A DNA stretch of 64,000 nt from Takakia lepidozioides (lineage: Eukaryota > Plantae > Bryophyta). The DNA lies in the NCBI GenBank assembly GCA_030704615.1, contig CM060733.1, positions 28,830,001 to 28,894,000 on the forward strand, in the 5' to 3' direction. Made by a program: the position numbers and the translations under genes. The notes below the pieces were generated by a model. The model had not been told where the DNA came from. It was given only the letters and a program-made list of their open reading frames with translations, and ran no database searches. Shown here in pieces: positions 62,370-64,000 of this stretch (positions are counted from its first letter, which is position 1; the number at the start of each line of letters is the position of its first letter).

Positions 62370-62663
62370 CTTCGCTTCTTGTACTCTCGGCTCTGAGAGA
62401 TCCATAAACTTCCCTTGCCTCGCCAAGAAATGTGGATTTATCCATTCTAAAATACTACATTTTGGACTTGCAGCAATTGGTTCCGAAAGATCCGTGAGTT
62501 GTCCCTGCCTTGCCAAAAAGTGTGGATTGATCCACTCCAAAATACTACATTTTGGACTCGCAGCTATCGATGCATCTCCATAGGGCAATTCAGATTGGGG
62601 TGGAATACTCTCCATTATAAGTCGTCTTCGTGCACATGGATCCATTATTGTATGTCCCGATAT
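62370..62663 (-). CDS. Internal exon (98 codons) with a duplicated 30-aa motif, in an uncharacterised multi-exon gene spanning ~60.8-64 kb
   Basis: ctttcag| and |gtaagt borders. The two repeat copies differ mostly at synonymous sites. Confidence 0.7.
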
Positions 62664-64000
62664 CTGAAAGAACAAAAATAAAGATACATTCTTAACCATA
62701 ACATCCAACCAATTCATATGAATGGGGATCATGGATAAAACAAAATTCCAAATATACCTCTCTCTCCGAGATCCGTGGTTGATTGTAAGAATCAGATATA
62801 ACATCGTTATCTTGAATTGAGCCAATCATTGACAATTGCGGAAGACCGGTGCTACAGTTCAGGTCCATCTGTATAGCTTCCAAATTAGCTGATTCCAGTA
62901 GCGGAGCAATCTGTGAAAATGCATGAACACTTAATGTCAAAGAAAAAAAAACACCAATATATATGGGATACTTTGCACCTCATGCCAAAGTGAAATGAAG
63001 TGAAGTGAAGATAATGATAGAGATGAGGCATGCATACAAATCATTGAATCACATTCGTAATTTTGATAGGTTGATTGCAAAAAAATGGGAATGAATGTCA
63101 GGAACGAACATACAATATCGAAAACTTGGTGTAACTGACTAGGTAAAATATGAGGACGGCGGTCAAAATTTACAAGTCAGCTGGTTCTTTTCTTAGAAAA
63201 GATAATATGGGCATTGCTATATGTACTTAAGGTTTTGCCATGCTTTGTGGAACAAGTCCCTGCTAATGGTATATTGATTGAGAAGTAAGGACTTCGAAAC
63301 AGAGGCCGAAGCAACCTCAAGTATAATAAAAAGAGAAATGTTTGGAGAGTGGTTGGGCTTAATACCTCCATGCCCACTATGGTAGCCATTTCATGCGGAA
63401 GTATATGAGCGTGAAAGCTTTGGTTGTCCATAACTGTAATATGATAGCAGTTGTCTTGTGTGATAGTTGGGACCGAATTATCCTTCAAATCCTCGATGGC
63501 CTCCATACAGTCAAGGATACACACCTAAAACTAACACCATAAAATCTAGAAGATATGTCAAAGATTATGAAGAGACATGGAATGTTTAAATCTTTCAATG
63601 AATGTGAAATGCAAGACATGGATGATGGTACCAGTGTGGACATGAGTTTGTGGTAACACATTTGATGAACCCATTCTCCCGCTATCATATAATTTTTCAT
63701 CTCCAATTGATGGATAAGAAAATTGAGCCAATGTTTTCTCCATAAGCACATTGGAGTCGACTTGAATGCAGTAAGCATCCTCAATGGTGCAACAAAGAGA
63801 GACAGTGTCTAGCTGAAGACTAATATTCGAAGGAGTCGGAATCCGTTCGACGATGTTGTGTTGTGCGACGAAATGCTCCGGAGATTGAATGAATGTTGAT
63901 TCGATTGCAGTTGGAGTGCTATGAATTGCAGGCTAACAAGATCCAATGGAAAGAAACGAGGGACCAAATCAATAGCAATTGTGAAATATGATGTCAAAAA

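Noticed and set aside
63177-63524. Ulp1-like protease fragment
   Set aside because: Only a vague resemblance, with no catalytic His/Asp/Cys motifs identifiable.
1-64000. tRNA, rRNA or snoRNA genes
   Set aside because: None could be recognised by eye. A covariance-model scan would be needed to exclude small ncRNAs.

Overview
Eukaryotic nuclear DNA. It is most consistent with a non-seed land plant (bryophyte-like), given the spliceosomal introns, plant-type genes and Tcn1-like chromoviruses. A gene island at ~11-32 kb holds SmB, a 4-exon conserved unknown gene, a 12-exon pfkB kinase and a divergent WRKY-like gene. A SET-domain gene lies at 43.8-45.6 kb and an FCP1/NIF-like gene at the right end. 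The rest is nested, decayed transposons: Ty3/gypsy LTR elements, LINEs, hAT, Tourist and foldback MITEs, and a ~117-bp satellite. The most notable element is a Ty3/gypsy-type retroelement at ~2.1-5.8 kb (minus strand). Its zinc-knuckle/protease frame continues in register into a DNMT3-like C5 cytosine methyltransferase (motifs I, IV PC, VI ENV, VIII RxR, IX). This copy is inactivated by nonsense codons and split by a second LTR element. Other points of note: a Tf1-style self-priming PBS, a three-level nested MITE insertion, inverted intronic LINEs around pfkB exons 4-10, and a 30-aa repeat under strong purifying selection. All calls were made by eye, without database searches.
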